NCBI GenBank assembly: GCA_017445245.1 | Contig: JAFSUM010000036.1 | Span: forward strand, 35,153 to 99,152 | DNA from: Bacilli bacterium | Lineage (GTDB): Bacteria; Bacillota_I; Bacilli_A; RFN20; CAG-826 | DNA length: 64,000 bases | Direction of reading: 5' to 3' | Shown here: positions 29,235 through 38,287 of the stretch, in pieces | Position numbering within the stretch: position 1 is the stretch's first letter | How the letters are laid out: every line of letters begins with the position of its first letter | Translations under genes and position numbers: made by a program | The notes under the pieces: generated by a model | The model's database searches: none | What the model was told of the DNA's origin: nothing | Seen by the model: the letters and a program-made list of their open reading frames with translations, nothing else

Positions 29235-29645
29235 CTATTTATGAGATTGGCAATCCGGGCAATAACCATAGATTTCGGTATTGTGGTCATGCACTTTGAA
29301 GCCCGTCGCTTTTTCGATGACCTCGTTCGCGTCATGATAAGGACAGCCTTCTAATGGAATCTTCTTTCCGCATTTAAGGCATACCAAGACGTGATGGTCT
29401 TCCTCGCTGATTAAGGAGTAAAGGTTTTCTTTATGGGCGCCTACTTCACGTTTGGCGAGTTCCGCATCGACGAATGAATTCAGGGTTCTGTAAACCGTGG
29501 AGAGATCGATGCCCTTCTCCAATAACGCTTTGAAAACGTCTTCCGCCTTAGCGGGCGAGGAATAAGAAGACAAAACGCGCAGCACTTCCTTTCGCGCAGT
29601 CGTCGCCTTCAGGCCATGTTCTTGAAGCAATTTCCTTTCGTCCAT
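29235..29645 (-). CDS. zur: Fur family transcriptional regulator, likely Zur
   Basis: 136 aa with Fur-family DNA-binding helix, HHVLVCLKCGK and CPDC motifs. Divergent from znuACB. Confidence 0.75.
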   Translation of the reverse strand: MDERKLLQEHGLKATTARKEVLRVLSSYSSPAKAEDVFKALLEKGIDLSTVYRTLNSFVDAELAKREVGAHKENLYSLISEEDHHVLVCLKCGKKIPLEGCPYHDANEVIEKATGFKVHDHNTEIYGYCPDCQSHK

Positions 29646-29690
29646 ATCCCTTGCGTTCCCAATCTTTGATTGCTATATTATTCCCGCAAA

Positions 29691-29705
29691 TGCAAATCAT
29701 TTGCA
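29691..29705. promoter_or_regulatory. Candidate Zur/Fur-type operator TGCAAAT-c-ATTTGCA
   Basis: Perfect 7-1-7 palindrome about 15 nt upstream of the znuA ATG, in the zur-znuA intergenic region. Confidence 0.45.
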
Positions 29706-29719
29706 AGTAGATTGTGTTA

Positions 29720-30610
29720 ATGCAAACCTCGCACTCCAAAAAACCATTCTTCCTAGCCCTTGCCTGCCTTTCGCTTGCTGGCCTAGTTTCCTGTAATTCC
29801 TCTAGCGCCGCGTCTAGCGATATCGTGGTTTCTTTTTATCCGCTTGAGTTTCTTGCCTCGCGGATCGTCGGGGGAAAACTAAGCGTTTCTTCTATCGTCC
29901 CACCTGGAAGCGAACCCCATGACTTTGAACTGAAGACTTCCGACGTCATGAAACTCTATGACACCAAAGCAGTCTTTTTAAACGGCCTAGGAATGGAACC
30001 GTTCGAATCTTCGGTTAAAACACATCCAAACCTGGGCCCGAAAACCACCGTCCTTGCGGATTCGCTCGACAACCTGATCACTGTCATTCCTTCTACCGGA
30101 GGTTCCTATGTCGACCCCCATATTTGGCTCGATACAGATATCTACGCCACGATGGGGAAGGCGATGCTAGATAAAATCGTCACCATTTCCCCTGAAAACA
30201 GGGCCCTCTTTGAATCCAATTATGCTTCCCTCGTCGCAGACCTCTCGGCCCTAAAATCCTATGGCCAAGGGCTAGGCTTATCCGGAAAGACCATCGCTGT
30301 TTCGCACGACGCCTTCCGCTATATGGGACGGGAATTCGGATTCGAGGAACTCTTTATCAACGGCTTCTCCCCAAATGACGAGCCCTCTGCGAGCGCGCTT
30401 CAATCTCTTCTCGACGCGATCGAAGAAAAAGGCATCGATACCATTTTCTTTGAAGAACTCGAAAATCAGGATATCGCCACCTACATCGCCACGCAGACGG
30501 GAGCCAAAGTCGAAGTCCTTTCTCCCCTGGAAACAATCACCGAGGGCGAAAACTACTTTTCGGTCTACCGGAGGAACCTGGATAAAATCGCGGAGGCCAA
30601 GAGCAAATGA
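29720..30610 (+). CDS. znuA: Metal (zinc) ABC transporter substrate-binding lipoprotein (ZnuA/TroA family)
   Basis: Lipobox LAGLVSC and cluster-9 SBP His residues. ATG at 29720 chosen over the GTG at 29714 listed in the track. Confidence 0.8.
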   Translation: MQTSHSKKPFFLALACLSLAGLVSCNSSSAASSDIVVSFYPLEFLASRIVGGKLSVSSIVPPGSEPHDFELKTSDVMKLYDTKAVFLNGLGMEPFESSVKTHPNLGPKTTVLADSLDNLITVIPSTGGSYVDPHIWLDTDIYATMGKAMLDKIVTISPENRALFESNYASLVADLSALKSYGQGLGLSGKTIAVSHDAFRYMGREFGFEELFINGFSPNDEPSASALQSLLDAIEEKGIDTIFFEELENQDIATYIATQTGAKVEVLSPLETITEGENYFSVYRRNLDKIAEAKSK

Positions 30611-31266
30611 TTCGTTTCGAAGACGTTTCTTTTTCATACGAGAATGCCGATGTGCTCCACCATGTTTCCTATACGCTAGAAGATGGGAAGTTCGGTGGAA
30701 TCCTAGGGCCAAATGGCGGAGGTAAAAGCACGTTCCTTCGTCTGGCATTAGGACTACTGAAACCAACGTCCGGCAAGATTATCGTCACGGACGAGCGCAT
30801 AGGATACTTATCCCAAAACACCGGCTTAGATGACCGCGCCTTCCCCTGTACCGTGGAAGAGCTCATCGCCCTAGGGCTAAGCGATAAAAAGAAGTTCTTC
30901 TTCAATCGAAACGACCGCGAAAAAATCCGCAATTCGCTCATCGAATTCGATTTATATCCCTTGCGAAAACGCCTTATTTCCACGCTTTCCGGCGGCCAAC
31001 TCCAACGGGCGAGAATGGCAAAGGCATTAATCTCCAGTCCCTCGTTAATCGTCTTTGACGAACCCGATGCGGGAATGGATGAAGAAAACCATCATCACCT
31101 CATTCACACGATTGAAGAGTTGCACGCCAAGGGAAAGACGATCCTCTTCGTTTCCCATCACCCTCACGATCTTGAGCGCGCGGATCAGGTTCACTTCATC
31201 GAAGACGGCGACATCCTCACCTATGAGGCCGAGCTAGAAAGGGGGCATCACCATGTTTCGATATGA
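30607..31266 (+). CDS. znuC: Metal ABC transporter ATP-binding protein
   Basis: Walker A GPNGGGKST, signature LSGGQLQRA and Walker B IVFDEPDAGMD. Confidence 0.8.
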   Translation: MIRFEDVSFSYENADVLHHVSYTLEDGKFGGILGPNGGGKSTFLRLALGLLKPTSGKIIVTDERIGYLSQNTGLDDRAFPCTVEELIALGLSDKKKFFFNRNDREKIRNSLIEFDLYPLRKRLISTLSGGQLQRARMAKALISSPSLIVFDEPDAGMDEENHHHLIHTIEELHAKGKTILFVSHHPHDLERADQVHFIEDGDILTYEAELERGHHHVSI

Positions 31267-32083
31267 GTTCATGGTCATCGCTTTCGTAATCTGCATCCTC
31301 TTGGGATTCGTTTTTCCCGTCGTCGGCGCACCGAGTGTTTATAAGCGTCTCTCTTCTAGTGGCGATGCCTTGGCCCATTCCGCCTTGGCTGGCGTGGCGA
31401 TTGGACTTGTGGCCGGATTCTCCCCGTTATGGGCTTCGATTGTCTCTTGCTGCGTCGCCTTCTTGCTCATCAATTTATTGCGGCGGAAATTCGGCAAGTT
31501 CGCTGAAATCGGCGTCGTGGTGATTTTGGCGGCCGCCGTCGCCATCGCGGGCATCCTTTCGGGTTATGCCAGCGCAGCCAATTTCGATTCGTATCTCTTC
31601 GGCTCGATTCTTCTGGTCACCCGAACCGAGCTATATGTCGTCATCGCCTTGACCGCCTGCGTCCTTCTGTTTGGTTTCTTCACCTATCTCCCGATGATGC
31701 ATTCCCTTTATAACGAGTCCGAGGCCAAACTAAACAAGATTCCCGTTGGGATAATCGATATCATTCACTCCTTGCTTTTTGCCTTAACGGTCGCGATCGG
31801 GGCCAAGGTCGTCGGTAGCCTCGTCGTCACCTCAATGTTAGTTTTGCCCGTCGCCTCCGCCCTGCTACTTCGCCGCGGGTATCTCTTCACGACGGTCCTC
31901 TCGCTTATGTTCTCTTTGGGTTCGATGATCGGTGGTTTCTTCCTCTCCAACGCCCTCGATTGGAAACCGGGTGCGACTTCTGTCGGCCTAGCCGTCGCCC
32001 TGTTGCTTCTCGTCCTTGTGTATCGTGGCATTGCTTACCTTGCTTATAGGCAAAAGAAAAAGAAGGACGCACGCCCCTCTTAA
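31253..32083 (+). CDS. znuB: Metal ABC transporter permease
   Basis: 276 aa, 7-8 TM, ABC-3 family architecture. Overlaps the znuC end. Confidence 0.8.
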   Translation: MFRYEFMVIAFVICILLGFVFPVVGAPSVYKRLSSSGDALAHSALAGVAIGLVAGFSPLWASIVSCCVAFLLINLLRRKFGKFAEIGVVVILAAAVAIAGILSGYASAANFDSYLFGSILLVTRTELYVVIALTACVLLFGFFTYLPMMHSLYNESEAKLNKIPVGIIDIIHSLLFALTVAIGAKVVGSLVVTSMLVLPVASALLLRRGYLFTTVLSLMFSLGSMIGGFFLSNALDWKPGATSVGLAVALLLLVLVYRGIAYLAYRQKKKKDARPS

Positions 32084-32094
32084 TCTTAAGATTA

Positions 32095-33375
32095 TCATTC
32101 TTCCTCTTCGTGATATTCCGTATCGGTGATTCGGATTTTTTCGACCGTGAATTCGTCGGCCTTCAGGATTTCGAAATGGTAATGGAGGAAGTCGAATTCG
32201 TCTCCTGTTTCGGCAAAGCGATCGAGGATTTCCTGACAGAATCCCCCGATGGTGGCATAAGCCGTATCTATGGTTTCTTCCTCTTCTTCCGTTACGCCGA
32301 TAAGTTCGAAGCAATCCTCAAGGTTCATCGAGCCTTGGACCACGTAAACGCCCTTGCCCTTTTCAACATACTCTTCTTCGATATCGTCGTTTTCGTCAAA
32401 GATATCGCCGACGAGTTCTTCAAGGATGTCTTCCATCGTGATGATGCCGTCCGTCCCACCATATTCATCGATGACGACCGCAATATGGATTTTGGTCTTC
32501 TTAAACTCTTCTAGTAGATCAAGGATCTGACGATTCCGCGGCACGACGATCGGTTTATAGATCAATGAAGCGACATCGACCTTCTCCTTTTTAAGGAGAT
32601 ATTTGCAAAGCACCTTTGTCGGCAAAATGCCGATGATGTTATCGATCGTCCCTTCGTAAACGGGGATACGCGAATATTCGAGGACATCCTTCTGTTCGAT
32701 GAACTCATAAATGTCGTCTTCGATATCCATCGCCACGACATCGACGCGCGGAGTCATGATTTCATAGGCTTCGATATCGGAAAAATCGACCGCTTCGCGA
32801 AGCAACTCGGCCTCCCCTTCTTCGACAATGCCCTGCTCTTCGATTTCATCGATCATTTCATCGAGCACTTCCTCATCGATCTCATCTTCTTCCTTGGCTT
32901 TTTTGGAGAAGAGCTTGGCAAAGCCATGAAAGAACTTGGAAACAGGGAAAACGAAGATAAAGAACAAAACCTTCGAAATCTGAACAGGCACGACGAAGCG
33001 AAGGGCGAGCGCATAGGTAAAGCGCTTGCCGATGGCCTTGGGAATGAATTCGCAGAAGACGATGATGACTACGGTGAGGACAATCGTCGCGACGACTTCG
33101 CCCGCATTGAAGTTCGGGCCGTTATACGAAAGGCCGAGCAACGTCGTAAACGACGAAGCAAAGATGTTCGCGACATTGTTCCCAAATAAGATCGTCGAAA
33201 TGGAGAGCTCGTAATCCTTAGCGAGCTTAAGGGCCTTGGCGGCCCGCTTATCCCCTTTTTCCGCCGCCTTTTCTAGGCGCGTCTGATCCACGGCCCCATA
33301 GACCATGTCGGCCGTAGAGTAAAACGCACTCAAAAGGAGGAAGAAGGCGACGATGACGTAATAGTACCAACGCAT
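32095..33375 (-). CDS. Hemolysin-family protein (CNNM/CorC: DUF21 + CBS pair + CorC_HlyC)
   Basis: 426 aa. N-terminal four-TM DUF21, CBS pair, and a C-terminal transporter-associated domain. Confidence 0.75.
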   Translation of the reverse strand: MRWYYYVIVAFFLLLSAFYSTADMVYGAVDQTRLEKAAEKGDKRAAKALKLAKDYELSISTILFGNNVANIFASSFTTLLGLSYNGPNFNAGEVVATIVLTVVIIVFCEFIPKAIGKRFTYALALRFVVPVQISKVLFFIFVFPVSKFFHGFAKLFSKKAKEEDEIDEEVLDEMIDEIEEQGIVEEGEAELLREAVDFSDIEAYEIMTPRVDVVAMDIEDDIYEFIEQKDVLEYSRIPVYEGTIDNIIGILPTKVLCKYLLKKEKVDVASLIYKPIVVPRNRQILDLLEEFKKTKIHIAVVIDEYGGTDGIITMEDILEELVGDIFDENDDIEEEYVEKGKGVYVVQGSMNLEDCFELIGVTEEEEETIDTAYATIGGFCQEILDRFAETGDEFDFLHYHFEILKADEFTVEKIRITDTEYHEEEE

Positions 33376-34394
33376 CAGGAGGACCTCCTCTTGCGCCGGA
33401 CCCTAGGTTCTCCGATATCGGGGATGAGCTCTTCCAAGACATCTTCCATCGTGACCATGCCGATGACCTTCTTGGCCGTGTTGGTGACAAACGCGCAGTG
33501 CGTATGGTGCTTTTTAAAGCCGCGGAAAAGGTCATCCAGGCGGATGCTTTGCTGAACAAAATAAGGCTTTACAAGGCTTTTTCGAATCGGAGTTGCGGGG
33601 TTTTTTAGATAATTCGCCGTATAGTTTTTTACCAACAGAACCCCGACGAAATGGTCGTAGTCCTTCTTGTAGACGGGGATTCTGGAATAGGTGATGTCGG
33701 AGAGTTTTTCCTGTAACGATTCATGGGTCAAGCCATCGATATCGACCATAACCATCTTTTCTAACGGGGTGAAGACCTTCTTGACGGGAATCGAAGAGAA
33801 CTCGAGGGCACTCTGGATCATCTCCTGCTGCTCTTCTTCGAGGACGCCTTCGTCGGTGACTTGTTCGACCGTGTTTTCGAAATCCTCTTCGCTGAACTCC
33901 GCCTCTTTCTTCTGGGCAAAGATCTTATCGATCAGCTTGCCGATACCTTCGAAGGCCAAAACGATAGGATAAAGAATCAATCCTAGACCATAAATCGGAT
34001 AGGCCGTAGCCAAGGAGACCGTGTCCGGAATGGCTCTAGCAATCGTCTTGGGAAGCGTGTCACCTAGAAGATAGACGACAAAGGCCATGATGATCGAGCA
34101 GATAATCGAGGCCCAGGATTCGTCCATATACTGGGTAAAGAAACCCAAAAACAGCAACGTCGAAATCGCCGAACACGCGATGGTGACGAGGTTATGTCCA
34201 ATCAAAACCGTGGTGAGGGCACGGTCAAATTTATCGATGAGCTTCAGGACGATTTTGGCATTGTGGCTGCCATTATCGGCCTTGATTTGCATTTTGAATC
34301 GGTTGCAAGAGGCTAGACCGGTCTCAGCAGCCGAGAAGAAGAACGATAAGAAGAGGAAGACGGCAATTAACGTCCACGACAACGGGTCTGGCAC
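33375..34394 (-). CDS. CNNM-family protein (DUF21 + CBS pair, lacks CorC_HlyC)
   Basis: Paralog of the downstream gene. Start moved to GTG at 34394, which has AAAGGAG spacing; the track start is 34406. A TATAAT -10 lies upstream. Confidence 0.7.
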   Translation of the reverse strand: MPDPLSWTLIAVFLFLSFFFSAAETGLASCNRFKMQIKADNGSHNAKIVLKLIDKFDRALTTVLIGHNLVTIACSAISTLLFLGFFTQYMDESWASIICSIIMAFVVYLLGDTLPKTIARAIPDTVSLATAYPIYGLGLILYPIVLAFEGIGKLIDKIFAQKKEAEFSEEDFENTVEQVTDEGVLEEEQQEMIQSALEFSSIPVKKVFTPLEKMVMVDIDGLTHESLQEKLSDITYSRIPVYKKDYDHFVGVLLVKNYTANYLKNPATPIRKSLVKPYFVQQSIRLDDLFRGFKKHHTHCAFVTNTAKKVIGMVTMEDVLEELIPDIGEPRVRRKRRSS

Positions 34395-34499
34395 AGGCCA
34401 AATCACTCCTTTCCTAGCAGATGGTTGCTATGAAGACGGGTGCTATTATAGCGAAAATCGCGCCCACCGACAACGTAGGCGCGCATTAAAGCGCACACA

Positions 34500-35015
34500 T
34501 TAGAGTTCGACGATGAAGTCTTCGAGGGGTTTCTTATCCGTGTGTTTGGGCGAGGGAGCATCCTGTTCGTCTTTATATCCGACGGGCAAGAAGAGAATCG
34601 GTTTCAGGTTTTTGGGCAGGTTGAAGATTTCCTGCGTCTGCTCGATGTCGAAAAGACGAACGATAACGCTGCCTAGACCTAGATCGGCCGCTTCGAGGGC
34701 CAACTGGGTCGTCACGATAGCCCCATCGATATCGGCGGTATTCACTTCGGGGTGGGCGGGATGGTTCCATACGGTGCCCATGTCGATGCACACGAGGAAG
34801 ACAAGAGGAGCTCCATAGGTGCACGGGGTCGCTCTTTTTGCTTTTTCGATGGCCTCTTTCGAGCGGAGGACGAACACCTTCTGAGGCTGAAGATTCTTCG
34901 CGGTCGGCGCATTGCGAATCACTTCATATAAAGCGGCAATCTTATCCTCTTCCACGGGACGAGAGGAAAAGCGGCGGGTCGAATAACGAGATTTGCTAAG
35001 CTCTAGAAAAGACAT
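34500..35015 (-). CDS. Nitroreductase family protein
   Basis: 171 aa with the N-terminal RYSTRRF FMN-binding motif. Confidence 0.75.
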   Translation of the reverse strand: MSFLELSKSRYSTRRFSSRPVEEDKIAALYEVIRNAPTAKNLQPQKVFVLRSKEAIEKAKRATPCTYGAPLVFLVCIDMGTVWNHPAHPEVNTADIDGAIVTTQLALEAADLGLGSVIVRLFDIEQTQEIFNLPKNLKPILFLPVGYKDEQDAPSPKHTDKKPLEDFIVEL

Positions 35016-35083
35016 ATAAACTCCTTTTCTCTAATTGTAACAGAACGTTGAAAGATTCCCCCCTCTTATGCATAAATACCCCT

Positions 35084-35701
35084 ATGAGCGAAAAAGAAAA
35101 GATGCTTCAAGGCAAAATCTATGAATCCCTCGAGGAACAATTGCTTAGTCGTCGCCGAGCGGTGAACGAGTTTTGCATCAAATATAACAATCTTCCCGAG
35201 GCGCATCCGGACCGCGCAGGTCTTCTTAAAGCCATCTTCCCTCACAGCGATGAATCCTTCTTCGTGAGAGGTCCCGTCTTCGTGGACTATGGTGAGAATG
35301 TCTATCTTGGGAAGGACGTCTATTTCAATTTCAATTTGGTCATCTTGGATGTTTGCCCCGTCCATATCGGCAACAATTGTTTCTTTGGTCCGAACATCTC
35401 GATATTAACCGCCCTTCACCCCCTCATCGCCTCTGAAAGAGAACTCTACTTCGACGAAGAAAAAGGCTATGTCACCAATCGAGAATATGGCAAGCCCATC
35501 ACCATTGGGAATGACTGCTGGTTTGGTGGCAATGTCACGGTCCTCCCTGGTGTCACTATCCACGATAACGTTGTCGTGGGCGCAGGTTCGGTCGTAACGC
35601 ACGATTTGGAAAGCGGTTATGTCTATGCGGGCAACCCGGCGAAGAAAATAAAGGAAATCAGGAAAGAAGACTCCATATTTCTTAAGAAAGAGCTCTGGTA
35701 G
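35084..35701 (+). CDS. Sugar O-acetyltransferase (maltose/galactoside acetyltransferase, hexapeptide repeat)
   Basis: MSEKEKMLQGKIY Mac N-terminal domain followed by left-handed beta-helix repeats. Start set at 35084. Confidence 0.75.
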   Translation: MSEKEKMLQGKIYESLEEQLLSRRRAVNEFCIKYNNLPEAHPDRAGLLKAIFPHSDESFFVRGPVFVDYGENVYLGKDVYFNFNLVILDVCPVHIGNNCFFGPNISILTALHPLIASERELYFDEEKGYVTNREYGKPITIGNDCWFGGNVTVLPGVTIHDNVVVGAGSVVTHDLESGYVYAGNPAKKIKEIRKEDSIFLKKELW

Positions 35702-35716
35702 AACTCGCTAGTTTAC

Positions 35717-36403
35717 CTAATCTTTGTATTTATGTCCGATGTATTCGTATTTTTCGACTTCGTATTCTCTGATAGTTTTGTATTTTCCTTCTTCTGGAAC
35801 TTTCAGTGAAATCGAATCCATCAGGATGTTCGTCAGATGCTCGTATTCACTATATTGATCAATCGAAGCCAAAACCAAGGCGCTCCTAAAATACTTTGCG
35901 TGCCTCCCAATAAATTCGACATTCACTTTCAGCGATTTTTGCTTCATAAATAGATAAAGGAAGGTTGTCGTGGTTCTTGTGTTGCCTTCGCGGAAACAAT
36001 GAATCCTCCACAGTCGAGAAATAAGTTTAACAATGGCCTCGATGGTTTCTTTTTTGGTCAAAGAATTCCATTCGACATCTTGATAATCTCTATCAAGTCT
36101 CTCTAAATCCCTGTCAATTTTGTGATAATCAGAATATTCAACAGATAAACCGTTAAGCACCGGTTCTTCCTTAAACATGTTAATTTTCCTGTTTTCTCCC
36201 GCCCAACCATAGAGATCGGAAAACAGGCGTTTATGGATCTTTTTGACATCGAAGACCGTTTTAACTTCGAATGGGTTGCTAAGCAGATTCGCAATGTTCA
36301 ATGAGACAAACGCGTTTTCTGCCTCGTCTAATTCTTTGGAACTCTTTATGTTCAGTTTATTAACTAAAACGTTTGAATTTGGATAAAGGTATAGGTCTTT
36401 CAT
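35717..36403 (-). CDS. fic: Fic family protein (Fic/Doc toxin-like)
   Basis: 228 aa. Fic motif variant HCFREGNTR against the canonical HPFx[DE]GNGR. Its ATG overlaps the stop of the upstream antitoxin (ATGA). Low-GC context. Confidence 0.75.
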   Translation of the reverse strand: MKDLYLYPNSNVLVNKLNIKSSKELDEAENAFVSLNIANLLSNPFEVKTVFDVKKIHKRLFSDLYGWAGENRKINMFKEEPVLNGLSVEYSDYHKIDRDLERLDRDYQDVEWNSLTKKETIEAIVKLISRLWRIHCFREGNTRTTTTFLYLFMKQKSLKVNVEFIGRHAKYFRSALVLASIDQYSEYEHLTNILMDSISLKVPEEGKYKTIREYEVEKYEYIGHKYKD

Positions 36404-36720
36404 TGCTGGTAGTTCCTCAACAAAGCAAATTTGGCGGTTTCGAAATCAATATCACCCCTGGTATAGAGGTGAATGATTTTCTTCGCCTTGAGGGAAGGTT
36501 CTCCTCCATCGACTGTATTAATCAAATACGCCAGCCTTTCAACATCGTTTGATTCAGATTCCTCACAGTCCAGATTAAAAGGAAGTCCCTTCTTTAAAAG
36601 AACCTGCCTTAAAAACAAATCAATCGCCTGGCTTAACGATACTCCAATAACCTTTAGGATCCTTTCCGAACCTGTTTTGACCTCTGAATCGACTCTTGCG
36701 TGCACCACTTCGCTTTTCAT
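36400..36720 (-). CDS. RelB/DinJ-like (RHH) antitoxin with a C-terminal extension
   Basis: Start MKSEVVHARVDSEVKTGSERILKVIGVSLSQAIDLFLRQVLLKKGLPF matches the DinJ/RelB N-domain. TACAAT -10 and GGAGAT RBS upstream. About 45 extra C-terminal residues. Translationally coupled to fic. Confidence 0.6.
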   Translation of the reverse strand: MKSEVVHARVDSEVKTGSERILKVIGVSLSQAIDLFLRQVLLKKGLPFNLDCEESESNDVERLAYLINTVDGGEPSLKAKKIIHLYTRGDIDFETAKFALLRNYQQ

Positions 36721-36836
36721 TGTGTTTATCTCCAGCCATATTGTAACACATCTGTGATACATTTTCGGTGAAATAAAACGCACCCCTTCTTTTTTTAAGT
36801 CATGGGGACGCATTTGTTCTTATCTGAGCAGTTGAT

Positions 36837-37435
36837 TCACTCAACAATATGATCGCAAATAAATTTATTAATCTGCTCTGTCATTAGACAGCAATTGAAG
36901 CAAGGGCCTTGGTATTTATAGCGTTGAAAAATGAGTCTTTTACTCTCTTGAGATTTTTTAATTATTTGAGCGATACGATCGCCTACCAAAGTTTTATTTA
37001 GATAATCAATATCTCCGCCTCTACTCAAATACTTTATTGGGTCATTCTGATATTCCTTGTGATATACCGCAAGTGTTTCGAAAGAATCTAGGTCTTCAAC
37101 AAATTCTAGAACGAGGCACTCAAAAAAGTTTCTTAGAGCAATTTCATATTTCCTTCGAATTCTGCAATTTGTCCTAATGCTAACGGGATGCGGCTTGCAA
37201 AATCCGTTGAATATAGTTTGCATTGATTGTTGTACGCCCAAAGCGCATCCAAGATTGTTCCGTTCGGAAACTGTTTCTTATAAGCCGCTATCACTTCGTT
37301 GAATTGGTCATTTGTCATTTCATACGGAATTAAAGCTTTCCTTTGACAATAAGCATACGAAAGTTTATTTAAAACTTTGCCAGGATTGTTTTTATATTCA
37401 GATCTAGCCTTTATTTCTGCTTCGATTACGCTCAT
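36837..37435 (-). pseudogene. Hypothetical gene split by a -1 frameshift (100-aa and 134-aa ORFs overlapping 37133-37241)
   Basis: Both ORF pieces look protein-like except the first ~36 aa of the downstream ORF. The frames join at GAA-GGA-AAT / AAA-TAT-GAA (...AEFEG|KYEIALRNFFE...). No family recognised. AT-rich. Confidence 0.4.
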
Positions 37436-37574
37436 AGCTTGTCGTATTAATCTTTATAACCCGTGCCCGAATTATAAGGCGAGAGTGCATTGCAATATTG
37501 ATCTGCCAGCAAATCGATAAATCAATTATAAACAAAAAGGGCAACTCACGAATGAATTGTCCATTTTCATTTGT

Positions 37575-37652
37575 CTGGGGCGCGATACGGGAGTCGAACC
37601 CGTTCATGCTCGGTTCACAGCCGAGTGTGTTCACCGTTTCACCAATCGCGCC
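37575..37652 (-). tRNA. tRNA-His (anticodon GUG), with encoded G-1 and CCA
   Basis: Reverse complement: acceptor GCGCGAT/ATCGCGC with an extra 5' G pairing C73. Anticodon stem CTCGG/CCGAG with loop CTGTGAA. T-arm ACGGG-TTCGACT-CCCGT. The D-arm is irregular. Confidence 0.75.
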
Positions 37653-37703
37653 ACGGCCTGATTAATATATGCGCGAGAGGCCCTTAAGGCAAGGACTTTT
37701 CGT

Positions 37704-38231
37704 TTATTCCAAACCCATTTCGCCCATAATTTGCTTTGCAAGGCGCAAAATGGGCAGTTCCCGCTGCCGTACTAACCCCGAAATGAACTTATCATCCTGC
37801 CCTTCGACTAAGGCGATGGCCTGCTCAATCGGATAATAGTTCGTTTCCTGAATGAGGCTATCGCCTTGCGAAACGAAATGGATGCCGACCTTCTTTTTAC
37901 GGCGCGCTAAGAAATAGTAATTGATGTTATGACGGCAAATGACGTTGTAATAGTCATCCACAATGCCGATAGGACATAGGACTTCGATTTCGTACCCGAG
38001 TTCTTCTTCGCATTCCCTTGCGGCGGCTTGCTCGGGACTTTCCCCACCGTCTACTCCACCACCCGGCGTTTCGAAATAAACCTGCTCATAAGGCATGCCG
38101 AAATCGAAGCGGCGAATGGTGTGGAGAGCGACATGATTGCTTTCATCCAAAACAATCGCCCTCGCCACGAGGCGATTCTCCTTTACCCCTACGAAAGGAA
38201 ACTGGTCGTCTTGGAACTTGTATTCCTGCAT
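37704..38231 (-). CDS. NUDIX hydrolase
   Basis: Nudix box GGGVDGGESPEQAAARECEEELGY. Confidence 0.8.
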   Translation of the reverse strand: MQEYKFQDDQFPFVGVKENRLVARAIVLDESNHVALHTIRRFDFGMPYEQVYFETPGGGVDGGESPEQAAARECEEELGYEIEVLCPIGIVDDYYNVICRHNINYYFLARRKKKVGIHFVSQGDSLIQETNYYPIEQAIALVEGQDDKFISGLVRQRELPILRLAKQIMGEMGLE

Positions 38232-38287
38232 CGAGAAGGATTTTACAAAAGTACCTCGCGCGGGAAAAGAGTATCATAGAGAGGATA

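Noticed and set aside
37436-37574. Search for an attachment-site direct repeat of the tRNA-His 3' end bounding the islet
   Set aside because: No copy of TGGGGCGCGATACGGG-like sequence was found near 35700. No integrase is present, so the islet is not called a mobile element.
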